Assembly (NCBI GenBank): GCA_051313645.2
Contig: JBNRSN020000022.1
Coordinates: forward strand, 27,280,001-27,344,000
DNA length: 64,000 nt
DNA from: Centroscyllium fabricii
Lineage: Eukaryota
Direction of reading: 5' to 3'
The position numbers and the translations under genes were made by a program. The notes below the pieces were generated by a model. It worked only from the letters and a program-made list of their open reading frames with translations. It did not search any database and had not been told where the DNA came from. Shown piece after piece: positions 63,853 through 64,000 of the stretch. Positions within the stretch are counted from its first letter, which is position 1; every line of letters starts with the position of its first letter.

Positions 63853-64000
63853 CAGGTTGAGCACCGTTAATCCGGTAACCGAATAGCCGGCAGCTTCAGT
63901 CTGCCGGCACAAATTGCCCCGACTGCACTGCGCATGCGCAAAATGGCAGCCGACATCGTGGCTTCAACGAATGATCTGCGCATGCGCCGAGCGCATGCGC
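63853..64000. mobile_element. Tc1/pogo-like MITE, left end, running off the window
   Basis: TA|CAGGTTGAGCACCGTTAATCCGG, the same TIR family as 33368 and 49794. Confidence 0.75.

Noticed and set aside
49400-64000. Upstream Ig1 exons of the phosphatase
   Set aside because: No matching peptide or splice pair was found, so they presumably lie beyond the window (intron longer than 14.6 kb).

Overview
Eukaryotic (cartilaginous-fish/shark-type) genomic DNA lying entirely inside one large minus-strand gene, a LAR-family (type IIa) receptor tyrosine phosphatase most similar to PTPRS. Six coding exons can be read with GT-AG boundaries, all phase 1: Ig2a (49383-49198), microexon meA3 (9 nt, ESF), microexon meA6 (18 nt, GGTPIR), Ig2b (32526-32416), microexon meB (12 nt, ELRE) and Ig3 (529-257). 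The ORF track does not call the three microexons. The introns hold elasmobranch repeats: HE1/V-SINEs, Deu-SINEs, CR1 and L2-type LINE pieces, Penelope-like fragments with minimal hammerhead motifs, a solo LTR, a Gypsy-like 3' end, several PIF/Harbinger-like and Tc1/pogo-like MITEs, and two long CpG-rich satellites (17 bp and 22 bp units). The most interesting signals are: four extra candidate microexons or alternative exons (3, 7 and 36 nt, plus a hairpin-containing stop exon); indels suggesting a divergent, possibly fourth LAR-family paralogue; a seven-copy MITE carrying a co-varying palindrome with an RFX/CRE/CCAAT module and a splice donor; a 190-bp inverted duplication between the meA microexons; and a four-layer nested transposon. 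Human sequence comparisons and repeat family names are from memory, not from a database search.
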